Origin: a virus
Length of the DNA stretch: 42,829 bases
IMG/VR virus record: IMGVR_UViG_3300048589_000489
Location: 1-42,829 of that record
Reading direction: 5' to 3' (one strand)
Part shown: piece by piece, positions 25,379 through 33,354 of the stretch
How the letters are laid out: each line of letters opens with the position of its first letter
Numbering within the stretch: the first letter of the stretch is position 1
Program-made: the position numbers and the translations under genes
The notes under the pieces: model-generated
What the model saw: the letters and a program-made list of their open reading frames with translations, nothing else
Databases searched by the model: none
Told to the model about the DNA's origin: nothing

Positions 25379-25701
25379 AGACGTTTCTTTGCTTGTTTTA
25401 GGTTTCCGCGTTGCTGTAGCCCTTTTATGATTTCAACCTCTCCGATTTCGGTGGGTTCTTCTTTGGTAGCGTCGTCTACCCGTTTGCCTAGTTTTTCTTT
25501 TAGCTCTGGTAGGGCTTTCGTTACTACTAGCCCGCTGCCTATTTCCCCGCTAATTCTGCCGATGATGTTTTCTGGTTGCTCCTGCCAGGTTTCTATGTAC
25601 CTGTCGCCGATGTATACGTCTACCAGGGTACGCTTGAGCTTTTTGTCTCCTTCGGTTCTGATGATGTATCGGCGTGGTACTAGCATGGTTATGTCCTCCA
25701 A
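25375..25701 (-). CDS. Hypothetical protein
   Basis: 108 aa. Confidence 0.6.
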   Translation of the reverse strand: MEDITMLVPRRYIIRTEGDKKLKRTLVDVYIGDRYIETWQEQPENIIGRISGEIGSGLVVTKALPELKEKLGKRVDDATKEEPTEIGEVEIIKGLQQRGNLKQAKKRL

Positions 25702-26048
25702 AAAGTGTCGGCTGATATTACTATTAGGAACGCTATTACTATGGTTTCTAGCGACGCTCCGTTGTATTTCATTATGATATAGAGTACTAGGAAGGGCAAG
25801 GCTCGTAGTACACCGACTAATCCTGCTACTGCATAGCGTACTATTGCCCGCAAAAATCTAACGCCACGTGTCGGCATTTTTGGCAGTTTTACTTCGTGGG
25901 GGTCTGTCTCGATTACTATTATCTCGACTTTTTTATCCCGCAGGTGTTGTAGCGTTACCTCTTTGGCTCGGACTACTTCGTCTAGGTCTCCGATAAATGT
26001 CGGGTTCCATTTTCCCTGGGGTGGTAGTGGTTTTCTTTTTTTTGTCAT
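25689..26048 (-). CDS. Membrane protein
   Basis: ATG at 26048 preceded by GGAAAAAGGAAC. C-terminal hydrophobic helices. Confidence 0.55.
   Translation of the reverse strand: MTKKRKPLPPQGKWNPTFIGDLDEVVRAKEVTLQHLRDKKVEIIVIETDPHEVKLPKMPTRGVRFLRAIVRYAVAGLVGVLRALPFLVLYIIMKYNGASLETIVIAFLIVISADTFWRT
25863..25873 (-). repeat. Copy of 11-mer CGACACGTGGC
   Basis: Exact copy inside coding sequence (codons CCG ACA CGT GGC), a different frame from the 22049 copy. Confidence 0.9.
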
Positions 26049-26097
26049 AGTTCCTTTTTCCTGTTTTGGTCTCCACACTTTTGCGGGTACCTGGTTA

Positions 26098-26391
26098 TTA
26101 TCTTACCTCGGTTTGCTCCTCGGTTTCAACTGGCTTTGGGTACCAGCGGATTATGGTCTCTCCCCGTTCTGCCATTTTTTGCTCACGCTCTAGGAGATCT
26201 TCCTCGAAGTGCTGGGCTATTGGGTTTTGTCCGAAGCCCTCTACTATCTGTACTCCGCAACCTGGGCATACTTTTATGTCTACCGCCCAAAGTCGGTAGG
26301 GGTCGCGTTCGTTCATCATTTCTAGTACGTATGCCCCTGTTTTGTGTGGTCGTAGGTGGGTCTGGCACCCTACGCAAATTATTTTTTGCAT
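26098..26391 (-). CDS. Small zinc-ribbon protein
   Basis: 97 aa from the ATG at 26391 (RBS AGGAGGAACC): MQKIICVGCQ...CPGCG. Confidence 0.6.
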   Translation of the reverse strand: MQKIICVGCQTHLRPHKTGAYVLEMMNERDPYRLWAVDIKVCPGCGVQIVEGFGQNPIAQHFEEDLLEREQKMAERGETIIRWYPKPVETEEQTEVR

Positions 26392-26399
26392 GGTTCCTC

Positions 26400-26525
26400 C
26401 TAGAAAAATACTGAGTAGAAAATTACCCAGCAAATAAAGCTAATTACTGTCGCTACGGCTGAGGCTGCTAGCACTCCCGAAGTGATGGCAAAAGCTATTT
26501 TGAAATAGTCTCCTGGCGTTCTCAT
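26400..26525 (-). CDS. 41-aa hydrophobic peptide (below the ORF-track cutoff)
   Basis: MRTPGDYFKIAFAITSGVLAASAVATVISFICWVIFYSVFF. Its ATG overlaps the upstream stop (ATGA). Confidence 0.4.
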   Translation of the reverse strand: MRTPGDYFKIAFAITSGVLAASAVATVISFICWVIFYSVFF

Positions 26526-26893
26526 CTTGTCTCCTTTCCGCCGAGTGCGTCGGCTGTTTTTTTAGAAAATTGGTACTCGCCTTTTACTTCTATGGTTTCT
26601 TCCTTTAGTACGTTTCCCACTACGTCGAACTCTGCTGGCTCTCCTATGCTAGTATCGCCTTTTAGTACCTTGAAGTGTGGGTTGCGGTGGTTGTTTTCGT
26701 TGAAGCGGGCTTCCTCGTCTCCCCACATGAAGCAATGTCCGTGTCCTGAGTAGTAGGCTGGGTGTATCTGCTCTACGGTGTGGCACTTTAGTATTTTGTA
26801 GAGCTGGGCTAGGGTTTTCTTTCGCTGGACTACTGGAAACTCGTACTTGCTGCCGTCCTGTTTTAGTAGGGTGTATTTGTATAGGTGTTTCAT
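26522..26893 (-). CDS. Hypothetical protein
   Basis: 123 aa. Confidence 0.6.
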   Translation of the reverse strand: MKHLYKYTLLKQDGSKYEFPVVQRKKTLAQLYKILKCHTVEQIHPAYYSGHGHCFMWGDEEARFNENNHRNPHFKVLKGDTSIGEPAEFDVVGNVLKEETIEVKGEYQFSKKTADALGGKETR

Positions 26894-27219
26894 TTTGTCT
26901 CAACTCCTTTTTTATGTAAAACGTAACTTACTACAGCCTCAAGCTCATCTATACGTTTCAGTTTTTCTTTTAGTAGTTTTTCAGCTATAGCTATACGCTC
27001 TTTTATTTTTTCGTGTGTTAGGTCGTCTTCTACTTGAAAAAGGCAGAACACTACTCCATTTTTTACTTCGTAGCCGTATTGAGTTTTGTCGTTCCTCAGA
27101 ACGCCCAATGCTTTGTGTAATAAAACAGCTTCTACTTTTCCATTGTCTTTGAAAATCCTGCCTACTACTAGGGTGCCAAACCACCCCCTGCTTTCTATTG
27201 TGTATAGTGCGTCGCTCAT
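26890..27219 (-). CDS. Hypothetical protein
   Basis: 109 aa from the ATG at 27219, preceded by AAGGGAGG and ATGA-coupled to the upstream stop. Confidence 0.6.
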   Translation of the reverse strand: MSDALYTIESRGWFGTLVVGRIFKDNGKVEAVLLHKALGVLRNDKTQYGYEVKNGVVFCLFQVEDDLTHEKIKERIAIAEKLLKEKLKRIDELEAVVSYVLHKKGVETK

Positions 27220-27401
27220 TTTGCCTCCCTTAGCCATTCGGCTTTGTATTTTTTATAGTTGTACATAATTTCCGTTACTTCGTTCTTTGTTAGCCGTGCC
27301 AGTTGCCCTACCTTTACCCAATCGAACATATTTGTTACGCCTGATACTCGGACTTTCTCGTAGCGTAGAAACTTGTTTTTATCAATTTTCACTTTCGGCA
27401 T
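27216..27401 (-). CDS. Hypothetical small protein
   Basis: 61 aa. Confidence 0.55.
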   Translation of the reverse strand: MPKVKIDKNKFLRYEKVRVSGVTNMFDWVKVGQLARLTKNEVTEIMYNYKKYKAEWLREAK

Positions 27402-27996
27402 GGTTCCCTTCCGCGGTTTGCTCCGTTATTTTTTTTATAATTTCTTCGGTGGTGCTAGTCTGGTGGTTGCTTATACCTACGTAGTAGTCGCAGTCGTTTT
27501 CGCTTTCTCGGCTCTCTAGTGGCTTGTGGTTTGAAAATCTGATCTTGAAAATATAGTCTCCTTTTTCTATGAAGACGTATTTTGATACCCGCACCTCGTA
27601 TACCCGCACGTCCCAGCCGTTCTCTACCCAATGTTTTATGAAAAGTAGATACTTTGGTGTGCGGTATTGTGCTGGGTAGTTCTCTATCGCCTTGCCTACC
27701 TTGCCCAAGTCCCATTTTTTAGCTAGGTGGTGGTTTTTCTTGAACTTTTCTGGTGGTATGTAGGCTCTCGGCTGTTTTTTTGGTCGGCGTTTTTCTGCTT
27801 GCTGTAGGCATTGTTTGCAGTAGCCGTTATCTGACATCCAATCCTCGTAGGTGTCGTCTACTAGCATATTGCAAAGCGATTTCGTTCCTGGCTTGGTTGA
27901 AAATGCTAGGTGCTTTTTTCTTCCTCTAGCGTTGGGGGTGGTGTTTGGTTGGTTTGGGTGCGTTACCCAAACTACGTTGAAGCCTCGGTGTTTCAT
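27382..27996 (-). CDS. Hypothetical protein
   Basis: 204 aa, RBS GAGGAGG. Contains C...CKQC and the motif KIRFSNHKP. Confidence 0.6.
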   Translation of the reverse strand: MKHRGFNVVWVTHPNQPNTTPNARGRKKHLAFSTKPGTKSLCNMLVDDTYEDWMSDNGYCKQCLQQAEKRRPKKQPRAYIPPEKFKKNHHLAKKWDLGKVGKAIENYPAQYRTPKYLLFIKHWVENGWDVRVYEVRVSKYVFIEKGDYIFKIRFSNHKPLESRESENDCDYYVGISNHQTSTTEEIIKKITEQTAEGNHAESEN

Positions 27997-28505
27997 CGTG
28001 CCTCCTCGATACGTATGGTAGTTTTGTCGGTTTTTGCCCCTAGGGTTTCGGCTAGCCCTTTGCTTAGGTCGGCTACTCTACCGTGTCGGCTAAATCCTCC
28101 GCAGTCGGTTATTGTTGCCTGTACTTTTTTGCCTGTGTCTAGGTTCGTTACTGTTACCTTGGTGTTGTAGCGTACCCGCTTGGCTAGTACGTCCTCGCAG
28201 GGTACCGCTAGCGTTAGTTTGGTTTCGTCAAATGGTTGTCCGTTGCCCATGGTTTGATTTTCGCTACAGCCTAGACAGCCTTCGTGGCTGTAGTAGCTTA
28301 CGTACCCTTGGTATAGGGGGGCTGGTGTTGGTGTGGGGGTTGGGGTAGGGTCTGGGGTCGGCGTTACTGTCGGCTCCGCTGCACGTACTGGAAATGGTGT
28401 TACTTCTAGTTTTGGCTGTGAAAAATGGCAGTCGGCTAGGTAAAGTCCTATGGCTATACCTATTCCTGCGGTTAGTAGTAGTATGGCTCTCGCTTCGTTT
28501 GTCAT
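27993..28505 (-). CDS. Membrane-anchored RlpA-like (double-psi beta-barrel) protein
   Basis: 170 aa. N-terminal TM helix, (TP)n linker, then GYVSYYSHEG...GNGQPFDETKLTLAV...KVTVTNLDTGKKVQATITDCGGF..HGRVADLSKGL. Confidence 0.65.
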   Translation of the reverse strand: MTNEARAILLLTAGIGIAIGLYLADCHFSQPKLEVTPFPVRAAEPTVTPTPDPTPTPTPTPAPLYQGYVSYYSHEGCLGCSENQTMGNGQPFDETKLTLAVPCEDVLAKRVRYNTKVTVTNLDTGKKVQATITDCGGFSRHGRVADLSKGLAETLGAKTDKTTIRIEEAR

Positions 28506-28563
28506 GTGGTTCCTGGTTCCTGGTTATTTCGGCGGGCTTGGCAGTTGCCCGCTAATTAGTTAC

Positions 28564-28592
28564 ATACTATTGTATTTCGTTGCTACTGTACA
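28564..28592 (-). promoter_or_regulatory. Promoter family member P3: TGTACA-N17-TAGTAT
   Basis: The minus strand reads TGTACAGTAGCAACGAAATACAATAGTAT. It is followed by a leader hairpin GCGGGC(9 nt)GCCCGC (28532-28552) and the RlpA-like gene. Confidence 0.5.
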
Positions 28593-29143
28593 GGGGCAGA
28601 TTTCTTTTCCCTTTTTGGGTGGTGTTCTTCCGTATTGCACCAGTTAGCGTCCTCTGGGTTTACCACGTAGTATTTCCCGCAGTGGCTACATTTTCGTATT
28701 TGGGGCTTTATTACTCGGTCGGGGTCGTTTAGGAACTTTTTGGTTTCTACTCCTAGTTGCTCGACGCTCCACGTGTTGTTGTCTGCTTCCTCGAGTAGTT
28801 TTTGCTGTACGCCTTTTTCTTTGGCTGAAAGGCTCCTGAAATGCGACCAACTTAGGCGTGGGTATTTCTCGCGTTCTTCTTTTGGAAACTTGGTGGCTAC
28901 GTCTACGTACCTTAGTAGGGTTTCTCGCTGTACCTCTACGGCGTGGGCGAAGTCTTCAAGCATTTCGTAGCCCCAGCGTCTTACTACCTCCTTGGCTACG
29001 TCTCCTAGAATCCAGCGACTTTTATCGTGCCATTCGCGGGCTACCATGGCTACGTCTATGAGGTTTTCCCAATCTAGCGTTTGAAATACTAGGTTGTCGT
29101 AGACGGTTTCTGGTCTGTATAGCTGAATGTCGTTGTCTGGCAT
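28583..29143 (-). CDS. Putative DNA-binding protein with C-terminal zinc ribbon
   Basis: 186 aa. W.LGDVAKEVV..WGY...FA..VEVQRETLLRYVDVA..F...LSWSHF pattern, plus CSHCGKYY...WC..EEH. Confidence 0.5.
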   Translation of the reverse strand: MPDNDIQLYRPETVYDNLVFQTLDWENLIDVAMVAREWHDKSRWILGDVAKEVVRRWGYEMLEDFAHAVEVQRETLLRYVDVATKFPKEEREKYPRLSWSHFRSLSAKEKGVQQKLLEEADNNTWSVEQLGVETKKFLNDPDRVIKPQIRKCSHCGKYYVVNPEDANWCNTEEHHPKREKKSAPVQ

Positions 29144-29155
29144 GGTGCCTCCTTT

Positions 29156-29773
29156 TTACCTATTTTTATAGAAAAACTCTCTAGCAAATCCCTGTGGGGT
29201 TATGGCTCTGAAAGCTGCGTCTGTCTCTACTTGAAACTTTTGATACGAGGGTATGAATTGCTGTGCTGATTTGTGCATGAAAGCTATTGACGGCTTTTCT
29301 CTGTTTGGTCTTGTGTATAGGTTGGGGTTTTTCGGTACGTCTTTCCAGTTTTCGTAGATTACGGTTGGTTTTTGAAAACTACCCCAAACTGCTGTACGCT
29401 TCGTCCATGGGTCGCCAAATTGCCAGGGCTGAAAAGTAAAGGCGGGTTTTCCTAGGTAGTTGCTTAGTAGTCCGACGGGGTTTTCTAACGCCCAAAATGT
29501 TGGGTTGGCTTTGTCTATTATCCTGATACAAGCCTCTACTATTTCCCATCCCTGGTCTAGTTTTCGCTCTAGTTTATGATTTTTTGCTATTGAAAACTCT
29601 GTATATGGTGGAGCTGCGAGTATGCCGTAGACGTTTTCTGGTGGTTCGTATGTTCTAACGTCGTAGTAGGGTAGTGTTACTAACCGTACGTCGTAGCCTG
29701 CTTCTAGGTATGGTTGGCTCCAGGCTCCAGTTCCTCCGCATAGGTCTAGTATGATTTTTTTGTGGTTTTCCAT
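29156..29773 (-). CDS. C5-cytosine-methyltransferase-like protein with PPY in place of the catalytic PC dipeptide
   Basis: 205 aa from the ATG at 29773 (RBS AAAGGAAC). Motifs in order: ILDLCGGTGAWS, ILAAPPYTEFS, FWALENPVG, WTKRTAVWG, FRAITPQGFAREFF. Confidence 0.6.
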   Translation of the reverse strand: MENHKKIILDLCGGTGAWSQPYLEAGYDVRLVTLPYYDVRTYEPPENVYGILAAPPYTEFSIAKNHKLERKLDQGWEIVEACIRIIDKANPTFWALENPVGLLSNYLGKPAFTFQPWQFGDPWTKRTAVWGSFQKPTVIYENWKDVPKNPNLYTRPNREKPSIAFMHKSAQQFIPSYQKFQVETDAAFRAITPQGFAREFFYKNR

Positions 29774-29876
29774 AAGTTCCTTTTTCCCGTTTTGATAACT
29801 TTGCTCCCCCAGCAAACCTAGGGCGGGTATCCACCCCTTACCCTACGATTGGGAGGGGGGCAAAATCATCATGCTT

Positions 29877-30203
29877 TTATAGTACCGCGTTTCGTACCTG
29901 ATGTACAAAGGCTTCTGTTTCTTTTTGCTCCGCCTCCTCGCGTTCCTGCCGTTCCTTGGCTTTTTTTGCTAGCTCCAGGCATCTTTGCTGTAGCCAAGCT
30001 CCCGTTATTTCTTTCGGTCTACCTGGCTGTTGTCGCTTGTCCCAATACTTGTCCTGGCACTCGGTTGTACAAAAATACTCTGGCGATCCTTCTAGTGGCT
30101 GGAACTCTTTTTCGCACTCGTAGCATTTTTGTTTTGCTGGCGGTTTAGGCTCGGCTGGTGTTGGGTCTTCTTCTGGAAGTTCCCATGGTAGTGGTTCGCT
30201 CAT
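29877..30203 (-). CDS. Small zinc-ribbon protein
   Basis: 108 aa, RBS GGAGGAA. CYECEKEF...FCTTEC. Confidence 0.6.
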   Translation of the reverse strand: MSEPLPWELPEEDPTPAEPKPPAKQKCYECEKEFQPLEGSPEYFCTTECQDKYWDKRQQPGRPKEITGAWLQQRCLELAKKAKERQEREEAEQKETEAFVHQVRNAVL

Positions 30204-30588
30204 ATTCCTCCAGTAGCTTTCCGAATGTCTCCTCCCACTCGGCTTGCTCTAGTTTGCTGTCCTCGGTTTGTATTTTTGTCATGGTGTGCTGCTCGGTCTC
30301 CTCGTAGGTGTATACGGGTCTGGGCTTGGGGGGTATGTTAGGGGTTCCGTAGCGTGGCACTATTTGTTTTATGACTCCCGCTGATAGTACGTTATCTTGC
30401 ACCATTATCAGTTTTTTTCCGTCTGCTAGGGCTTTGTATATGCCGTCCCGTGTCGGCAAGTCTACCTCTATGGGGTCTCCGTCGTACCTGTGTATGTAGT
30501 ACGTAGGCTTCCATTTTTCTGGTATCGCTAGGAAATTGCGTCGTAGCTGGTCGGTTATGCTGGTGGGTGCCTGTATTATCTCGTTCAT
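30145..30588 (-). CDS. Hypothetical protein
   Basis: 147 aa. Its 3' end overlaps the next gene by 59 nt. Confidence 0.6.
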   Translation of the reverse strand: MNEIIQAPTSITDQLRRNFLAIPEKWKPTYYIHRYDGDPIEVDLPTRDGIYKALADGKKLIMVQDNVLSAGVIKQIVPRYGTPNIPPKPRPVYTYEETEQHTMTKIQTEDSKLEQAEWEETFGKLLEEYERTTTMGTSRRRPNTSRA

Positions 30589-30590
30589 GG

Positions 30591-31400
30591 TTAGTCGAAG
30601 TTAGCCGTTGGGCTGTTTACCTGCTTAGTAAAATGTCCCATGGCTTGCGTCCTGGGCTTGTTGTAGTTTAGCCATTTGTCTACCTGCTCGTCGCTACGAA
30701 GTAGGAAGTCGGGGTCTGCTACCCAGCCCCGCTCGTTCATTCCGCGGTGCCAGGGGCTAGTTGATAGGTTTTCTAGGGCGGTTAGTATTTCCTCAAAAGT
30801 GAAGGTTTTTAGCCGTACCCCTAGCTTGGTTACTCTGCCCTTGGTTGCTTTTAGCTTGGTACCCCAAAGCTGGTTATATTTTTCCACTAAAATCTCAGTC
30901 TTGCCAGCGATAGAGCGTTCCCCCTTGGGGGGTTGGGGGGTCTCTGTAGTAGTCTGTGGTGTAATCTCTGTAGTAGTCTCTGTTATATGAATGTTGGTTG
31001 GTTTACCCCCATCCTGTTGGGTGGTTTCCACCCTGCTAGTTGGTTGGATTTCCTCCTTCTTGTTGGTTGGATTTCCCCCACCAAGCTGGCAGAGTATGTC
31101 GTTTAGTACGTTTTCCTCGAGGCGGTAGTACATTTTTGCTGGTAGCCCGCGTAGCTCCTCGGTTAGTATGCCGAGGTTTTTTAGCTTGTTTCTGGCTGTC
31201 TCCTGCTCGTAGCGGGTCATGCCTGTTTCTTCCTGCCATTCGTCGCGGGTTTTGTATATCCAGTTTTCGGGGTTGGTCGTGCGTCGGTTCCAGTAGACGA
31301 GCTGGGACAAAAAAAGGGCTGCGGTTATGCTGCCCGTGATGTCTACAAATACCCTTTGGAAAGCTATTGGGCGATCTAGTGCTTGTACGACGTTATACAT
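30591..31400 (-). CDS. Putative replication initiator (winged-helix N-terminal domain, T/P/E-rich linker, conserved phage C-terminal domain)
   Basis: 269 aa. N-terminal ...TAALFLSQLVYW...DEWQEETGMTRYEQETARNKLKNLGIL. C-terminal ...SPWHRGMNERGWVADPDFLLR. The linker carries DNA-level iterons. Confidence 0.5.
   Translation of the reverse strand: MYNVVQALDRPIAFQRVFVDITGSITAALFLSQLVYWNRRTTNPENWIYKTRDEWQEETGMTRYEQETARNKLKNLGILTEELRGLPAKMYYRLEENVLNDILCQLGGGNPTNKKEEIQPTSRVETTQQDGGKPTNIHITETTTEITPQTTTETPQPPKGERSIAGKTEILVEKYNQLWGTKLKATKGRVTKLGVRLKTFTFEEILTALENLSTSPWHRGMNERGWVADPDFLLRSDEQVDKWLNYNKPRTQAMGHFTKQVNSPTANFD
30941..30979. repeat. Exact 15-nt direct repeat tctctgtagtagtct x2, 24-nt period
   Basis: Copies at 30941-30955 and 30965-30979, inside the initiator linker. 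Confidence 0.85.
30993..31079. repeat. Four 18-nt iterons with an exact 23-bp period (candidate origin of replication)
   Basis: gttggttggtttaccccc (30993), gttgggtggtttccaccc (31016), gttggttggatttcctcc (31039), gttggttggatttccccc (31062). The period is not a multiple of 3 and the units are read in different frames. Confidence 0.6.
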
Positions 31401-32064
31401 GGCTCCTCCTTTGGTTGCCTGGGCAAATACTGTAGTAGTGCCACCAGCTATTACTTGGTTCGTAGTTCCCTAGCTTGATGTTATAGAGCATTAGTTTTAC
31501 TTGCTCTAGCCATGCTTTCATTTTTTCGTCGTCTACGTAAGTGTCCATTGTCTCCATGTAGGGTTCTCTGGCTTTTACGAAAATGTTGAAGCGTACTCCG
31601 TTGGCGTGTTCGCCGTGCTTTAGGTAGTACACGTAGTCGTAGGCTGTGGCTTGGAAGTGGGTGTCTACGTCTTCCTGGGTATAGCGTCGCTTGCTGGTTT
31701 TATGCTCGCAAATACGCCCGTCAATTTGTACGTCTATCCGCAGGGACATTCTCGCCCCCAGGCTCTCTCCCGTGAATGGGTCTACTAGCTCTATTTCCAT
31801 GCGTTTTTCGCAAATATCGTGGTGGGGGTCGGTGTAGATTTCTTTGTACTGTTTTAGCCACTTGCGTATTAGCATTGTGTCGTCTTTGGGTGGCTTGCCC
31901 TTGTGGTAGCGTTCTATATTGTCGTGGAGGGTTTTACCTATGAGGAGGTTTTCGCTGTCCTGCTGTTCTATTCCTAGGTTGTAGCCCAAATTGAAACAGT
32001 ATGGACACCTGCGGTATTTTTCTAGGTCGGTTACTCTATATTTTGGGAGGTCTGATTTGCTCAT
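31393..32064 (-). CDS. PD-(D/E)XK exonuclease (RecB/Cas4-like)
   Basis: 223 aa with motifs RIDVQIDGRICEHKTSK (D...E.K) and QATAYDY (QxxxY). Confidence 0.7.
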   Translation of the reverse strand: MSKSDLPKYRVTDLEKYRRCPYCFNLGYNLGIEQQDSENLLIGKTLHDNIERYHKGKPPKDDTMLIRKWLKQYKEIYTDPHHDICEKRMEIELVDPFTGESLGARMSLRIDVQIDGRICEHKTSKRRYTQEDVDTHFQATAYDYVYYLKHGEHANGVRFNIFVKAREPYMETMDTYVDDEKMKAWLEQVKLMLYNIKLGNYEPSNSWWHYYSICPGNQRRSHV

Positions 32065-32116
32065 GTTCTTGGTTCCTGTTTTTGGCTCGTAAACGTGCCG
32101 TAGAACTACAATAGAC

Positions 32117-32141
32117 GAGAAAAGGGCTGGTTGTCCAGCCC
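32117..32141 (-). terminator. Rho-independent terminator
   Basis: The minus strand reads GGGCTGG-acaa-CCAGCCC followed by TTTTCTC, 24 nt after the stop of gene 32165..32938. Confidence 0.65.
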
Positions 32142-32164
32142 ACTTTCCCGCCTCACCGAGTTGC

Positions 32165-32938
32165 TTATTTTAGCTTAGATTTTTTAGTCTGTAGAGCCTG
32201 GCGAACTAGGTACATTTCTCTACCTGTTAGCTGGTCTTCTTTTTCTAGTGTCTGGTTGTGGCTGACTATTCGCTTCTCCAAGTTGTCTACTTCGTCTTTG
32301 GTTTTGCAAAGTTCGATATTTTGGAAAACTTTTGTGAGCCGTGCTGCTTCCTGGGCGTTTGGGGTGGGGGCTGTCGTAGCTGCTAGTTGCTTGCTTTTCC
32401 CGCCTTTTATCCATTGGGTTATGAGCTTCTTTAGGAAACTTACTGGCATTAGCTCTTGCATGGCGTTGCGTTTCGCTTTGGCTTGCCCTTGCTCTAGCCA
32501 AAACTTGTTGGGTACGGTTTTACCGCCTTTGAGCATGGTTTTTTTCCATTGGCGTTTTACGCCGAAGGCTATACGTCCCGATACCATGTCTTTTACCTTT
32601 GCCTTGAAAATTACATACTCCTTGTCGTCTTCGTCGGTTTCCCAGGTTAGCTCCTCGGTAGTGAGTACCATTTTGCCTTTGTTAGCGAGGGCTATTGCTG
32701 CCTCCTTGGTACCTACCCAGCTTAGACCTGTTACTGTTTTGCCGTCGCTTTGGAACTCGTATACTAGGGCTTCCCCTAGGTCTCCGAATGCCTCGCCGTG
32801 GCTTTCTAGTATCGCCATTTCGTCGGCTTGATCCATGGCTTGATATGCTATGGTCTGCTTATCTTCTGGCACCGATACGGGTACTTCGACGATTTTCTCG
32901 ACGATTTTCGTTTTGGTTTTGTTTTTCTTTTTGCCCAT
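32165..32938 (-). CDS. Putative single-strand annealing (recombinase-like) protein
   Basis: 257 aa, adjacent to the exonuclease gene. ...GLSWVGTKEAAIALA...EQGQAKAKRNAMQELMP is reminiscent of SSAP conserved helices. No family could be assigned by eye. Confidence 0.35.
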   Translation of the reverse strand: MGKKKNKTKTKIVEKIVEVPVSVPEDKQTIAYQAMDQADEMAILESHGEAFGDLGEALVYEFQSDGKTVTGLSWVGTKEAAIALANKGKMVLTTEELTWETDEDDKEYVIFKAKVKDMVSGRIAFGVKRQWKKTMLKGGKTVPNKFWLEQGQAKAKRNAMQELMPVSFLKKLITQWIKGGKSKQLAATTAPTPNAQEAARLTKVFQNIELCKTKDEVDNLEKRIVSHNQTLEKEDQLTGREMYLVRQALQTKKSKLK

Positions 32939-33101
32939 AGTGGGTTCCCCTTTCCTGGTTATTTTTTACCATACTGATATGCTTACAATTCAGTCTATAT
33001 TTGAAGGCTGGACAGGTACACGTCCACTTTTCCTCGTCGTTCCAAACGGTATATTCTATCGCTGGGTTACTTTCTGACTGTACCGTAAACTCGTTTGCCA
33101 T
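32859..33101 (-). CDS. SWIM zinc-finger protein
   Basis: 80 aa, WTCTCPAFKYRLNCKH (CxCxnCxH). Its 3' end overlaps the next gene by 80 nt. Confidence 0.6.
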   Translation of the reverse strand: MANEFTVQSESNPAIEYTVWNDEEKWTCTCPAFKYRLNCKHISMVKNNQERGTHYGQKEKQNQNENRRENRRSTRIGARR

Positions 33102-33334
33102 TAGATACCTCCTTCTGTTTCTCGTTTGTAGCGGATTACTTCGCTACCGAGTACTCGCCAGTAGGGTCGCCCTGCTTTCCCGCTCGCGTAGTTGTGAGCT
33201 TTGAGCTTACCTGCTGCGATTTGGCGTAGTACAAAATTGTAGTGGCTGTCGTTACTGTTGCCAGTACTTACTATCCAGCCGTTGTCTACTATTTCGCGTG
33301 GCGTGTACCACTGTTTTGCGTTTATTTCTTGCAT
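33101..33334 (-). CDS. HTH DNA-binding protein (excisionase-like domain)
   Basis: 77 aa, WYTPREIVDNGWI...VLRQIAAGKLKA...YWRVLGSEVIRY. Confidence 0.5.
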   Translation of the reverse strand: MQEINAKQWYTPREIVDNGWIVSTGNSNDSHYNFVLRQIAAGKLKAHNYASGKAGRPYWRVLGSEVIRYKRETEGGI

Positions 33335-33354
33335 TTGTTTCTCCTTTCCGTTGC

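Noticed and set aside
29816-29876. G/C-rich 60-nt gap (gggcgggtatccaccccttaccc...ggggggcaaaa) considered as a terminator or regulatory hairpin
   Set aside because: Only short imperfect stems (4-5 bp) can be drawn, and there is no U-tract on the transcribed strand. Evidence is insufficient.
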